A stretch of 64,000 nucleotides of DNA, taken from Octopus sinensis (lineage: Eukaryota). This document shows, piece after piece, positions 26,516 to 40,594 of this stretch. The DNA is taken from positions 23,312,001-23,376,000 of the forward strand of contig NC_043002.1 of assembly GCF_006345805.1 (NCBI RefSeq). Direction: 5' to 3'. The notes under the pieces are model-generated. The model was not told where the DNA came from and did no database searches. It saw only the letters and a list, made by a program, of their open reading frames with translations. The position numbers and the translations under genes are program-made. Every line of letters begins with the position of its first letter. The first letter of the stretch is position 1.

Positions 26516-27049
26516 TTGTGTGTGTGCGTGCGTGTGTGTGTGCGTAGACAGAGGCATTACCGTTTAGCTAATAAGTTTGTCTCACAAATGTGAGGTTCGA
26601 CTGTGCGGTATTCTGGTCAATCATTGGTTTGTCAAATCAATTCATTCATTTCTTTCTACTTGGCACTTCATCGTCATATGTCTGAAAATAGGTAAAATTT
26701 ATTGAAATTTCGAAAACAAAAAACAAAATTTTGTAGAGGAAAAATAGAGCTACAAAAACAAACGTAAAACACTACAATAAAAATTTTTTTTTTCGTGTAA
26801 ATTCAAATAACACAGGAAAGGATTAAAATTAATGGATGAGGGACAACGAACGATGTTTTCTGACAACTCATATCATTTACCAACCTAAGCCTTATGCCTG
26901 GCATTTATTAAACAGAAATTGTGTGGAAACCAGTCAGATAGGCCATACTTGCTATTCAAAAGGCCAACTTTGTTACACACTATGTTATGCCGATTGTATC
27001 CGAGTATTACTTTAAGAATAGAACTACATGTGGAATACTCAGTCACTTT

Positions 27050-27777
27050 AAGGCGGCGAGCTGGCAGAATCGTTAGCACGCCGGACAAAATGCTTGGCCA
27101 TTATTTTCTGAGTTCAAATTCTGCCGAGGTCGACTTTGCTTTTCATCCTTTCGGGGTCGATAAATTAAGTACCAGTTACGCACTGGGGTCGATGTAATCG
27201 ACTTAATCCGTTTGGCTGTCCTTGTTTAGCCCCTTGTGGGCAGTAAAGAAATCGGTATTTCGTCTGCTGGTACGTTCTGAGTTCAAATTCCGCCGAGGTT
27301 GACTTTGCCTTTCATCCTTTCGGGGTCGATAAATTAAGTACCAGTTACGCACTGGGGTCGATGTAATCGACTTAATCCCTTTGTCTGTCCTTGTTTAGCC
27401 CCTTGTGGACAGTAAAGAAATCGGTATTTCGTCTGCTGCTACGTTCTGAGTTCAAATTCCGCCGAGGTCGACTTTGCCTTTCATCCTTTCGGGGTCGATA
27501 AATTAAGTACCAGTTACGCACTGGGGTCGATGTAATCGACTTAATCCCTTTGTCTGCCCTTGTTTAGCCCCTTGTGGGCAGTAAAGAAATAGGTATTTCG
27601 TCTGCTGCTACGTTCTGAGTTCAAATTCCGCCGAGGTTGACTTTGCCTTTCATCCTTTTCGGGGTCGATTAAATAAGCACCAGTTATGCACTGGGGTCGA
27701 TGTAATCGACTTAATCCCTTTGTCTGCCCTTGTTTGTACTCTCTATGTTTAGCCCCCTGTGGGCAATAAAGAAATAT
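27050..27777 (+). mobile_element. SINE family B with four tandem bodies inside one 15-bp TSD
   Basis: Units 27050-27252, 27253-27421, 27422-27590 and 27591-27777 (period 169); TSD ATACTCAGTCACTTT at 27035-27049 and 27778-27792. Confidence 0.93.
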
Positions 27778-28175
27778 ATACTCAGTCACTTTCGCAATCA
27801 TTTAATGAGTAAAGAGTTCTGTTGACAGACCATCCGGAAACTTTTTGTTGCAACCGATGGAGGTTCAATTTAATATTTCTATTTTACATATTTAAGTACG
27901 AAACAAATGTCTAAATATACATATATGTATGTTGAAAAGCTTAAGAGGCTTCACGCGAATTAATTTATATTAAAGATCAAATAGAAACAAATGCTCTGAG
28001 AACATTATTATATTTACCTTTTTATCACAATATGCTACCAGTTTCGATTTTTTAAGATGATTAAATCGTCAAAAAGCAGCTTGAAACCGGCAGCATATTT
28101 TGAGAAAAATATGAATATTTCCTCTCTTTTGTCCATGATAAAGTTCTCAAAACATTTTCTTCTTGCTTCTTTTGA

Positions 28176-28384
28176 GTAGATTTGGTAGACGGAAACTGAA
28201 AATAGCTCGTCGTATGTGTGTGTGTATTTGCGCCTGTGTTTGAGCCCCCACCACCGCTTGACAACCGGTGTTAGCGTGTTGGCATCCCCATAACTTAGAG
28301 GTTCGGCCAAAAAGACCGAAATAATACGTACCAGGTTTTAAAAAGAAGTACTGGTGGGGGGGTTGATTCATTCAACTAAAAATC
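28176..28384 (+). mobile_element. Partial SINE family A
   Basis: GATTTGGTAGACGGAAACTGAAA...CCGCTTGACAACCGGTG...GGTTCGGCCAAAAAGACCGA. Confidence 0.8.
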
Positions 28385-28504
28385 CAAGTAAAAGATAAAA
28401 GGCATATCAAGTATTTTGCTGAAATAGTCATCGTTGATATCGGTAAAAAAAATAACCCAAGTGTACTAGTGGCCCACTGTGTCGCGTCCTACTCTGAATT
28501 CCTG

Positions 28505-29333
28505 TACGTGGTCTGATGAATAAGTATGCAGAGTAAAACCGCTTGGCACAGATTGACCTCGAACTTTGCTGTGCATGTGCACTAAGTTTTAATGTTCTAG
28601 CTCCTTTTCTGCTGTTTACTGCAGTGCTTGGAAGGAAGGTGTATGGTGTGTGATCATCGCATTCACTATGAGGAAGAAAGTTGAGCAGAGAATCTGCATC
28701 AAATTTTGCCAAAGGCCTGGTGATACCTGTTCAGAGGCCTATGCAAAGTTTTCAAAACGTTTTCATCTTTCTCGGCACAATCAAGGAGATCTTAAGTAAC
28801 TGTGTCTTTTTGGTCAGCTGAAAATTTTTGGCACAAACTTGGCAGAAACGCATCTCATACCCAAATCTTCAGTGATAACGGACTGGACCGTATCTAATCT
28901 GCACATACTCTGATAAATCACGGATGGTGATTCGATGACTTCCTCTCACAGCTGCACGCACGTCTGCAATGTTTTTCTCAGTTCTGCTGGTTGCGGGTCT
29001 CCCAGAAGTTCCTCAATATCGACATTTTTCAGCCATCTTGGAGGCATCTGAACGACTGTGTGCGGCTCATACACTCTTCTCCATACGCTTTCTGCAACTT
29101 GGCGTAGACCTCTGAGCAGGTATCGCCATGACGACTTTCTCTGTAATGGTCAATGCGACGATCACACGCTACACACCTTCCTTCCAAGCACTGCTGTAAA
29201 CAGCAGAAATGAGCTGGTGCGTTAAAACTTAGTGCATATGCACAGCAGAGTTCTTTGTCAAGCGGCTTCTCTCTGCGTACTTTAGCTTCGTTACTATGGC
29301 AACAGTCCAGATACTTATTGATCAGACTTCTTA
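28505..29333. mobile_element. Mariner derivative made of two inward-facing 5' ends
   Basis: TIRs TACGTGGTCTGATGAATAAGTAT and (minus) TAAGAAGTCTGATCAATAAGTAT. Plus strand MRKKVEQRICIKFCQRPGDTCSEAYAK from 28668; minus strand GDTCSEVYAKLQKAYGEECMSRTQ...RTEKNIADVRAAV...EDLGMRCVSAKFVPK. Confidence 0.85.
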
Positions 29334-29367
29334 TTCCCGAAAATACCACTAATGAATTCGGCTTCCA

Positions 29368-29447
<80 letters not shown>

Positions 29448-30424
29448 CGTGTACGGAATAATTATGAGCATAGGTCCACTCGATCAGAGTTGATATGAGG
29501 TTAAATAACAAGCACAGTACAACTATCATCATCACCACAATCACCATAACAGCTGACATCTTCATCACCACTATAAACAGAAGGACGAAACAATGAGTCA
29601 ATATGTGGTTGCATGTGCAGCTAGAAATAGCAGTCAAATGTCTCTCTCTCTCTTTCTCCCTATCTCTCTTAAATAAGAACAGGTTATATAGTTTATATAG
29701 TTTTAGATATCTCTATAAATCAGGGTGCTGGATCAAGATTGTCAAAAGAGCGGAGTAATATGATTTACTAGGTCAGGTGTTAAACTATTACAGCTTCTTT
29801 GTGTAACAGCCACACTCTCATCACTCTTAGCACAACCACCAGCAGATAACTATAATGACTACCACCGTCGCCTCTAATATTACGAACACCATCAGCAATA
29901 CCATCATCATCGCCTCCATCGCAACCATCACTATTGCCACTCTTTGTTGTGGCTTATACTATAGAGCATTTTGTTGCCCATGGGCTAATAATGCCATGGC
30001 CATCACAGACATAAGCCACCACCATTCATTATCATCTCTGTCACCACTGCCACCATTGTTACCCACCACCACCATTACATCACTACTTGTCTAATACATT
30101 ACTACTACTACCACCACCACCACTATCTCACCCATCTTATCCCCGCCATCATTACATCACCACCATCATCACCATTTTAGTTAATTCCAGCAGTATTTCG
30201 ATAAATTATTCAGACACCCCCACCCTGTCACCACCTTTTATTACTCTGCAACAACCACCACCACCACCACCTATTTCCCTGTACATACACTACCAGATAT
30301 TGTACTTGTCATACCCTCAACACAAATATCATCACTGCCAACACTACGGTCAATTTCACCACCAACATAAATATCAACAACTACTATTCCAAGACGCAGT
30401 GCTATTTATAAAATAGGGTTATTC

Positions 30425-30568
30425 CTTTTTGCCAGCTTACAGGACTGGGGCGATGGGAAATGAAATGTTTTATTCAAAAATACAACCCATCACCCGGCCT
30501 AGGAATCGAAACTACAAATTTTACGATCATCAGTGCAACACTCTAACCACTAGGCCACAGGCCTTCAC
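30425..30568 (-). mobile_element. Partial SINE family C2
   Basis: Minus-strand head GTGAAGGCCTGTGGCCTAGTGGTTAGAGTG...GTTTCGATTCC. Confidence 0.75.
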
Positions 30569-32233
30569 ATGTGTGTACACCGTGTGTTAATGATTTATAT
30601 GCATATTGTGTGGATGCGTGTGCGCGCGCTCGTACATGTGTGTGCGCGCATATGCATGCGTGAGTGTATGTGTGTGTATGTGTGTGTATGTATGTGTGTG
30701 TATGTATGTGTGTGTATGAGTGTATGTGCTTATGATTGTATGTGTGCGTATGATTATGTACGTGTGTATGATTGTGTGTGCATGATTATGAGACTAAACC
30801 CTTTAAGGCGGTGCTCCAGCATGACCACAGTCCAATGACCGAAACAAGTAAAAGATATCAAGAAAACATCACCGTATCTTAGCCACTTCATAACCCCTTA
30901 AACATGTGTAGCATTCAAGAAGTCTTGCTATCTCCTAAGTATCTCTCATATCCTTAATATGCCTTAGACTGCATCACAAAGACTGGATCTTCACTTCGAA
31001 ACCAACAATTACTTTATCTCCAGTTAAACATGAAACCTTCAGGAAAGCTTTGCTGAGACCCGTAACGGTGTGTTGCCCCCACCTCTGAGATGCTTGTGCT
31101 GCTACACACTCTCTCTCTCTCTTTCCCTCTCCCTCTCCCTCCCACTCTCTCCTTTTTCTCTCTTTTCCCTCCCTCACATCCTCTCTCACTCCCTCTGTCT
31201 CTCTCTCTCTCACGTATACCACCACACATATCGTAGACAACTGATTGGCATGAAGTCGCTTACCAAAACACTCGCCAACTCCTGACTCAATCTTTTCTGT
31301 CAATATTACAGTGATCTTTGGTGCTCGGAACTGGCTGCTCTCATATCACTTCTGTTCAAGCACTCTCGACACATTTGTCTCTCCTCCTCCCGTTACTCAC
31401 ATTATGTTCACTCCCTCCACTCCCCAGGCCTCGAACTAACTGCTACACCCAGTCCTTCCTCCCCCGAATACCGACACTCTGAAATTTCGATCCTTCGCAT
31501 GTTTCTCCTGCATTTGTTGATTGTTAAAGATGAACGCTAATCGTGTCGATCTCACCAGCTCATGAGTGTAGCCCCAAGGCGGAGGCCCCTACGAAGGTTA
31601 TGAGCCCAGTATCTTCTTTCAGTTGAGGGAAACAGAAACCCAAAAGTAATAAAGACAAGGAACATCTAAACTATGGAACGATCTGCTAGAAATAGCAGCT
31701 AAATCTCATTCAAATCTCGACTTGCTGGACATATATATATTGATACTGTAATCCTTGGTACATACAAAGACGGGTTGTTCACGGTTGGAACGCTTTTGAT
31801 CATACTTCTGCTGGTTCAAGATTGATCTGGAACTAAACAACATCGACACCTTCACCAACACTGGTCTTCTTCCCACGACAGCATCTCCTCCCACTAATAC
31901 TAACACAACCACCACGATCTCACTACTACCACCACAACTCCAATATACACCACAGAGAAGGGAGAGGCTTTAGGTGGTCGCTGGACCAGCTAGAAATACC
32001 AATCAAATTTCCCTCAAGTAAAACACAAAAAGTAGCAAGGAGCTGGATAAATCCAGGATATTGTAGTCCTGGGAACATTAAAACAAAGATGGGATTGTCA
32101 CGGTTGGAACTCTGTTTATGATAAGTTCTGCTCAATCAGGACTGACATGGACCTAAACTACACCACTGAAATATACACTGGTACAGAGAGACCTCTCACA
32201 CACACAAACACATACATGTACACATACATACTT

Positions 32234-32286
<53 letters not shown>

Positions 32287-32304
32287 TATATCTAAAACAC
32301 ATGC

Positions 32305-32584
32305 TTTTTTTTACTTGTTTCAGTCATTTGACTGTGGCCATGCTGGAGCACCACCTTTAGTCGAACAAATCGACCCCAGGACTTATTCTTTGTGAGCCTA
32401 GTACTTATTCTATCGGTCTCTTTTGCCGAACCGATCAGTTACGGGGACGTAAACACACCAGCATCGGTTGTCAAGCGATGTTGGGGGACGACCACAGACA
32501 CACAAACACATACACACACATACATATACATATACATATATACGACGGGCTTCTTTCAGTTTCCGCCTACCAAATCCACTCATA
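32305..32584 (-). mobile_element. 5'-truncated SINE family A
   Basis: Near-consensus tail and core; stops at CCAAATCCACTCA. Confidence 0.9.
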
Positions 32585-32659
32585 AATTCATACATGTACG
32601 CATACATAGATAGATATATACACACATATATAGATATACAGACATACTTATATACATAG

Positions 32660-32997
32660 TTACATACATACATGCATTCATATATACATACCCATACATA
32701 CATACATACATACATACATACATACATACATGCATGCATGCATACATACATGCATGCATACATACATACATACATACATACATACATACATGCATACATA
32801 CATACATACATACATACATGCATGCATGCATACATACATACATGTATGCATACATACACGCATGCATGTATGCATACATACATACATACATACATGCATA
32901 CATGCATGCATACATACATATATGCATGCATACATACATACATACATACATACATACATACATACATACATACATACATACATACATACATACATGC
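32660..32997. repeat. (CATA)n microsatellite with CATG variants
   Basis: Tetranucleotide array. Confidence 0.95.
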
Positions 32998-33032
32998 AAT
33001 ATCTGGGATTATAAAAATCCACAAGAACTTGT
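32998..33032 (+). mobile_element. Very short 3' remnant of the R4/Dong-like LINE
   Basis: ATATCTGGGATTATAAAAAT (ISGIIK) matches 19/20 the minus-strand ATATCTGGGACTATAAAAAT of the 51.8-kb copy. Confidence 0.4.
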
Positions 33033-33037
33033 AATTG

Positions 33038-33157
33038 AAGGCGGCGAGTACCAGTCATGCACTGGGGTCGATGTAATCGACTTAATCTCTTTGTTTGTCC
33101 TTGTTTGTCCCCTGTCTGTTTAGCCCCTTGTGGGCAATAAAGAAATAAAGAAATAAG
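33038..33157 (+). mobile_element. Internally deleted SINE family B
   Basis: Head AAGGCGGCGAG is joined directly to TACCAGTCATGCACTGGGGTCG; tail intact. Confidence 0.85.
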
Positions 33158-33659
33158 ACCTTATAATTTGAAGAATGGTGAACAAATCAAGATGCATTCC
33201 TTCACGACCTTGCAACCAACGAAAGGTGGCCGGTCAAATTTACTCTTAATAAAAAAGAGAAATACATACATACATACACAGACACACATACATACATACA
33301 TACACACATACACATACACACATAATACATACATACATACATACATACATACATACACACACACATACATACATACATACATACATACATACATACATAC
33401 ATACATACATACATACATACATACATACATACATACCGCTCTATTCTGTTGCACCATACACCATCGTTCTACGGCAAGTCACTTAAGACGAACTGTCTTT
33501 CGTCTACTGCAGCTCTATGGCACTGAACTAATTCTATCTGCTACTGCAGCACATACTACTGCAGCACATAGTAAAATACTACTCCTAATGCTTTTTGCAC
33601 TATATCTTCTTCCAACAGTACTATCATTACCTCCGTTATTATTATGATCACTACTAAGT

Positions 33660-33716
33660 AATATTACCACTACTACTGCAAGATCAACCTCTCCAACTGC
33701 TGCTGCTGCTACTACA

Positions 33717-33753
<37 letters not shown>

Positions 33754-33851
33754 TACCTACCACCACTCTACTATCGCCTGAAAAACTGGCGCTGCTACTA
33801 TGACTGCCATCCAGCACTATACTACTACTATTACTGCTGCTGCTGCTGCTG

Positions 33852-33887
<36 letters not shown>

Positions 33888-34175
33888 GTGCAACTACGAC
33901 TATATCTACTACTAAAACTGCCGCTGGTACTACAGTTACTATCGTTGACTTTAACACTGCTAGTGTTGCTGTTGTTGTCATGGTGGTTGTGGTGGTGGTG
34001 GTGGTGGTGGTGGTGGTGGTGGTGGTGGTGGTGGTGGTGGTGGGGTGGTGGTGGTGGTGGTGGTGGTGGGTAGTAGTAGTGGTGGTGGTGGTGGTGGTGG
34101 TGGTGGTGGTGGTGGTGGTGTGGTGGTGGTGGTGGTGGTGGTGGTAGTGGTGGTGGTGGTGGTGGTGGTGGCGGT
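33660..34175. repeat. (CTA)n and (GGT)n trinucleotide arrays
   Basis: Simple arrays giving poly-T/P/H/V/W ORFs. Confidence 0.9.
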
Positions 34176-34821
34176 GGTCTGTTTGTTGCTGTGATTGTTG
34201 TTATCGTCTTAAACAACAACCAAGCTAAGAAAATAATGCAATGCCGTCAGCCGCAGTAGCATTGGTACAAGGAAGGCTGAATGAAAGGCGATCGTTCGTC
34301 TTAATAGCCAGTGGCAATTCAATCTCTAAAAAAAAAAAGAGAAAGGAACATCGAATCTGAAGAACGTCAGAACCGCAAACAAAAGTTACATAAATATATA
34401 CAAAAGATATATCATCCCGACTGTAACAAGAGAAGAAGAAGAACAACAACAACAACAACAAAAAGAAATGAAAAGCAATGTTATGTGGAAGTTCGTGGTG
34501 TGACAGGCTTCATATATAAGTGCTGAACGTACACAGATAGCTGTTTGTGTGTGTGTGTGTGATTTTGTATTTGGAGGGAGGTCTGTGTGTGTGTGTTGTG
34601 TGGTGCTTTCTGCGGGACTTTTGTCGCTTACGTCGGTGGGTGACACCAGGGTAGCTCTGGTGCCGCGGTAGATAGAGTCAAAACGCCTATAGAGCTGATT
34701 CACCGCTTGCGGAGACAACTACCCCTCAGAGACACAGTTTAGCAGCAGTCTCAGCACACGTGTTTTCCTTATACATGTGTGTGTGTGTGTGTGGTGTGTG
34801 GTGTGTGTGGTGTGTGAGCAA

Positions 34822-35141
34822 TCTTTTACTTGTTTCAGGCGTTGGATTGCGGCCATGGTGGAGCACTGCCTTGAAATGTTTAGTTGAAGAAATCGACTCA
34901 AGTACTTACTTTTTTTAAAAGCCTACTACTTATTCTTTCGGTTTCTTTTTTTGCAGAACTGCGAAGTTACGGGGATGTAAACAAACCAACACTGGTTGTC
35001 AAGCGATGGTGGGGGACAAACACACACGTGTGTATGTGTATGTGTGCGTACATGTGCACGTTTATGTGTATGTGTGAGCGTGTGTGTGTGTGTGCGTGCG
35101 TGTGTGTGTGTATGTGTGTGTGTGTGTGAGTGTGTGTGTGT

Positions 35142-35193
<52 letters not shown>

Positions 35194-35362
35194 CGTGCGT
35201 GTATAACGGGATTCTTTCAGTGTCCCTCTAGCAAATCCACTCCTGGGGCTTTGGTTGACCCGGGTCTATAGTAGAAGACGCTTGCCCAAAGTGCCACGCA
35301 TTGGAACTGAACCTGAAACCATGTAGTTTGGAAGCAGGCTTCTTACCGCATACACGCACGCG
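34822..35362 (-). mobile_element. Diverged SINE family A with expanded internal (TG)n
   Basis: Tail, core and head recognisable; internal tract ~200 bp. Confidence 0.85.
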
Positions 35363-36159
35363 CTATACAAATAGCGGCAGACAGATTGTCAGATGGATGG
35401 ATGGATGGATGGATTAACCTGCAATCAGACAAATGGTTGGATAGGAAGACGGACAGTAACAGTGACATACGGATAACTGGGTAAGAGAGAGAGGAGAGAG
35501 AGAGAGAGAGAGAGTGAGAGTGGGGGTAGATAGCAGGCTCGATGGATGGAAGGGTGGATTTCAGGTAGGCAGGAAGACAGCTAGAAAGAGAAACGGGTAA
35601 GTTAAATATACAGGCAGATAGCCAGGTAAATACTATGACCAACAGCCAAACATATAGATATAAGTGTAGAGAATCAAACAGTCAGGCACAGGCTGTCTGT
35701 CAGACATTCAGAACAGATTCTTCAGACAGAACGGCCATCAGCTCTCGCTCTCTTTCGGACGAACACTTTCCATTCATTTCTCTTACATTCCGTTAGCCTG
35801 CAATAGCAGACGACAGAGAAATAATCCGAGCAGGGGGATTCATAAATTTGCATCTATGAATTTATAACTAATACTCTGATTACTACTAAATACAACCACT
35901 ACTAATACAATCAATAGTGTTATGTTGGTGTTGTTGGTGTTACAGCCCTTAATATTGCTGTTATAATCCTTGTCATTACTGCCTTCGTTGTTGTTGTTAT
36001 TTTTTGTTATTATTATTGTTGCGAATTTCTTACTCGGGCTGACATTTTTTTTCTTTTTTCATTTCTATTCTCCTTCTGTCATTCAGAAGCAGACGACACT
36101 CTAATAACTCAACTGGATTACTAATTGCATCACAATTCGCATCATCATCACCATTATTA

Positions 36160-36227
<68 letters not shown>

Positions 36228-36228
<1 letters not shown>

Positions 36229-36406
36229 GCCGAGGTCGACACTGTACATCCTGGGCTCAAATTCCGCCAAGGTCGACATTGCTTTTCATCCTTTCGGCTG
36301 CGGCGGTGGGGCGCCAAAATAAGTACCAGTTGAACACTGGTGTTGATGAAATCGATTTACCCCTCCCCACAAATTCCAGGCCTTGTGCCCATTGTAGAAA
36401 GTATTA

Positions 36407-36410
<4 letters not shown>
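36228..36410 (+). mobile_element. Rearranged SINE family B variant
   Basis: GCCGAGGTCGAC...CAAATTCCGCCAAGGTCGAC..CTTTTCATCCTTTCGG...AATAAGTACCAGTTGAACACTGG. Confidence 0.7.
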
Positions 36411-36474
<64 letters not shown>

Positions 36475-36794
36475 GAATGAGAGAGCAGTGCATGCCAACA
36501 AAGTGACACTGGGGTACAAATATACGAAGGCTAATACACCCATCATGACTACACGTCTGATAAGGGTACACCAAGCACTATCGTCAATACCACTACTACT
36601 ACTATTACTAGTAACAATAATCGTGTTACCCATGCTGCTGTAATTGTTGTTCTCAATGTTGCAGCTATTGTTGTTGTTGATAATGGTATTGTTGCAGTTG
36701 CTCTTATTGTTGTTGCAGTATTCTTCGCCGGACGGACTACCTATCCAACGTCTCTTTTTCTTCAAGTCTTTCAATAGCATAACATTGGATGAAC

Positions 36795-36837
<43 letters not shown>

Positions 36838-36900
36838 TTAGTATATATATATATATATTATATATATTATATATATATATATATTATATATTTATGTAAT

Positions 36901-37103
36901 CTTTTAGTTTGTTTCATCATGTGACTGTCGGCCATTTTGATGGAGTACCGTATTATAGTCAAGCAAATCACCCCCGGGCTTATTCTCTTGTAAGCTTAGT
37001 GCTTATTCTTATCGGTCTCTTTTGCTGAACCGCTACTAATTTACGGGGACGTAAACACACCAGCATCGGTTGTCAAGCGATGTTGGGGGGGGGACAAACA
37101 CAG

Positions 37104-37136
<33 letters not shown>

Positions 37137-37319
37137 TGCTTATATGCATATATATACGTCGAGCTTCTTTCAGTTTCCGTCTACCAAATCCACTCACGAG
37201 ACTTTGGTCGGCCCGAGGCTATAGTAGAAGACACTTGCCCAAGGTGCCACGCAGTGGGACTGAACCCGGAACCATGTGGTTCGTAAGCAAGCTACTTAAC
37301 ACACAGCCACTCCTACGCC
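36901..37319 (-). mobile_element. Full-length SINE family A
   Basis: Reverse complement of head GGCGTAGGAGTGGCTGTGTG through tail; same family as 18667-19106. Confidence 0.9.
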
Positions 37320-37620
37320 CAATATATATATATATATATATATGTTTGTGTGTGTGTGTGTTCTTGATATATTTAATATTCCTTCTAACTATAACAACAA
37401 CAACAACTATTGCTTTTATCATTATTGTTATTGTTGTTGTTGTTGGTGGTGGTGGTGGTGGTGGTGTTGCTATTGCTTTGTTGTAATGGTTCTGGCGATA
37501 ATAGTTATTGTTGTGATGATGATGATGATGAAGGTGCAAGAAGAGGTTCTTGATCGAGCGGTTGCTTCTAAAATAATGATAACTAGATGACACTGTATAA
37601 CAGCAACAACAACAACAACA

Positions 37621-37655
<35 letters not shown>

Positions 37656-38097
37656 CACTACTACTACTACTACTACTACCGCTACTACTACTACTGCTGC
37701 TGCTGATGCCATTTCTGCGACTACTACTACTACTACGACGACTAACTACCTCTCTTCGCGTTGCCGTCCCCGTTGCTGCTGCAACTGCTGCTGCTACTGC
37801 TGTGCTGCTACTGCTGTTGTTGCTGCTGTTGCTGGTTTTGCTGCTGCTGCTGCTGCTATTACTACCACTATTACAGCAACTATTAGTTCTACCGTTGCAG
37901 TGACTCGTATTAATTCTTGCTGCTGATGCTGCTGTTGTTGCTGGCGTTGTTCATCTTCCAGTTCTTCCACTTGTCATTGTTATTTTCTCCTACTGGACAG
38001 AAACATCTCTCATCCCTTCAAATTGCATAACTGGATTAAGATTATCACGCACCACCGGATTTAAGTTCATTAATTATTACTATCATTGTTACCATTA

Positions 38098-38149
<52 letters not shown>

Positions 38150-38883
38150 AACTATTATCATTATTATTATTATCATCATCATTATTATTACTATTATTAT
38201 TATTATTATTATTATTATCACCACCATCATCCTCATCATCATTATTACTATAATTATTATTATTATTACTGCTTCAACAGTTTATATATACTTATATATA
38301 CTTATAACAAAAACATACATACAAGCACACATACACACATACGCACATTATATATATATACATAGTAATTACACCTCTATTAATTCATACCTGTTCATAT
38401 TCATGTTGTGGTTGTTGATGTTGTCGCATTTGTTTGTTGGTTGTTGTTGTCAGCTGGACGTCAGCTGAACGGAATTTTGTTTCAACCAGCGACATCTTGC
38501 GGTCAAAAGGTAAGTGGCCGTCATTCCATTAATTTTTGGACAAGAATTTTAAGAGTATTTGTGTGTGTTCACATGTGTGTATGCATGCATGTATATATGT
38601 ACGATGTATATGTGTGTTAATGTGTGTGTGAGTGTGTGTGTGTGTGTGTGGTGTGTGTGTGTGTGTGTCTGTGTCTGTGTGTGCGTCTGTGTGTGTATGG
38701 GAGAGGAGGTTATATGTATGAATCCCGGATACGAATTCCTTAATCTTCGAGAATGCTTATATGGTTATGCACCTCTATGTATATATCAGAAATGAGTGTG
38801 TATATATGTGCATGTAACTGTGACAATATCTAAGTGTAGATTTGTGTGTATGCATACATATATATATATACATGCATACATAC

Positions 38884-38977
<94 letters not shown>

Positions 38978-39082
38978 GTATATATACATTTCTCTATGCA
39001 TGTATGTATGCATCTATGTATATATGTATACGTATATATGTACGCATATTTGCAAGCATGCATTCTCATGTGTAAGTATTCA

Positions 39083-39138
<56 letters not shown>

Positions 39139-39152
39139 ATATATATATAACT

Positions 39153-39200
<48 letters not shown>

Positions 39201-39216
39201 CTATATATATATATAC

Positions 39217-39258
<42 letters not shown>

Positions 39259-40547
39259 ATATATATATAGATATATATAATATGCTGTATGTTTGTATGT
39301 ATGCATACGAACCGTGTACAATCTCTTAGTATTGGCTGTCCATTTTGTGAGGTTATTTATAGCTTCTTTAAGGGTTGCATATATGAAGAGACAGACAGAC
39401 AAACAGGCAAACAGACAGAAGATAGATATAGAGATAGACAGACACATACATACATACATACATTTATACATATATAAATGTATGTATGCATACAGACACA
39501 TGCGTATATGTATACATACATATAACAGACACACACATATATACATATATGTATATATGTATATGTTCATATACATAACGGTGGTGCCCCAGCATGCCCG
39601 CAGCCTTCGTGCTGAAAGATTTTTAAGGATTTAAGGATTTATATGTGTGCTTATATGTATATGTGTATATCTGAGTGTGTATGTATGAAGAACGGATCAG
39701 GAACCCCATGGGGTTGTAGTACAACTCGTATATACTCGGATTTGAAACTGTGTTTGTTCAATCTCCTTGACATGATTGAGTACCTTATTAGCTTCATTGC
39801 AAATCCCACCTCTGTGAACCCGTAATTGACTGCTCGTTTGTTTGTGTGTGTGTCTGTATGTGCTACTATTTCTTGCATACAAACACACACACATACACAC
39901 ACGCGCATGTACACAACACACACACGCATACATACACACACACACACTCAAATATTACACTTTTGCAGCTAAAAGGACAATTCTCTTAATGCGGTGTCCC
40001 AGTATGACCGTAATCTCATGGCAGAAATAAAAAGAAGGATAAAAAAATTATATATATATACATATATACATACATACACACACAAACACAGACACACGCG
40101 CACGCACGTACGCACACACACACACATACACGTATACGCATACACACTACACAATCATTCGCACGCATCCACATGGTCGCATACATATAAACATATACAT
40201 CCAGCCATTCATCCATCCATCCATCCATACATACATACATACATACATACGTACGTACATACATACACACATACATACATACATACATACATACATACAT
40301 ACATACATACATACATACATACACAAATACATACATACATACATACATGCATACATACATACATATATACGTACATACATAATCCAACCCATTTCACAGT
40401 AAGTAGTGCTGTGCGACCGAATGCGTGTATGGATGCTTGTGAAAGCGAATGTGTATGCCTGTATGTGTGCATGTGTGTGTGTGTTCGTGCGTCTGCGTAC
40501 GCGCGCGCGCGAGTGTGTGTATCTGTGTGTCTGTGTGTGTGTGTGTA

Positions 40548-40594
<47 letters not shown>

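Noticed and set aside
26646-26681. Minus-strand terminal exon TYDDEVPSRKK*
   Set aside because: Good acceptor, but only 11 codons and no upstream exon identified; could be chance.
27050-27777. CRISPR-like array
   Set aside because: The units are 169-bp SINE bodies with no unique spacers; the context is eukaryotic and there are no cas genes.
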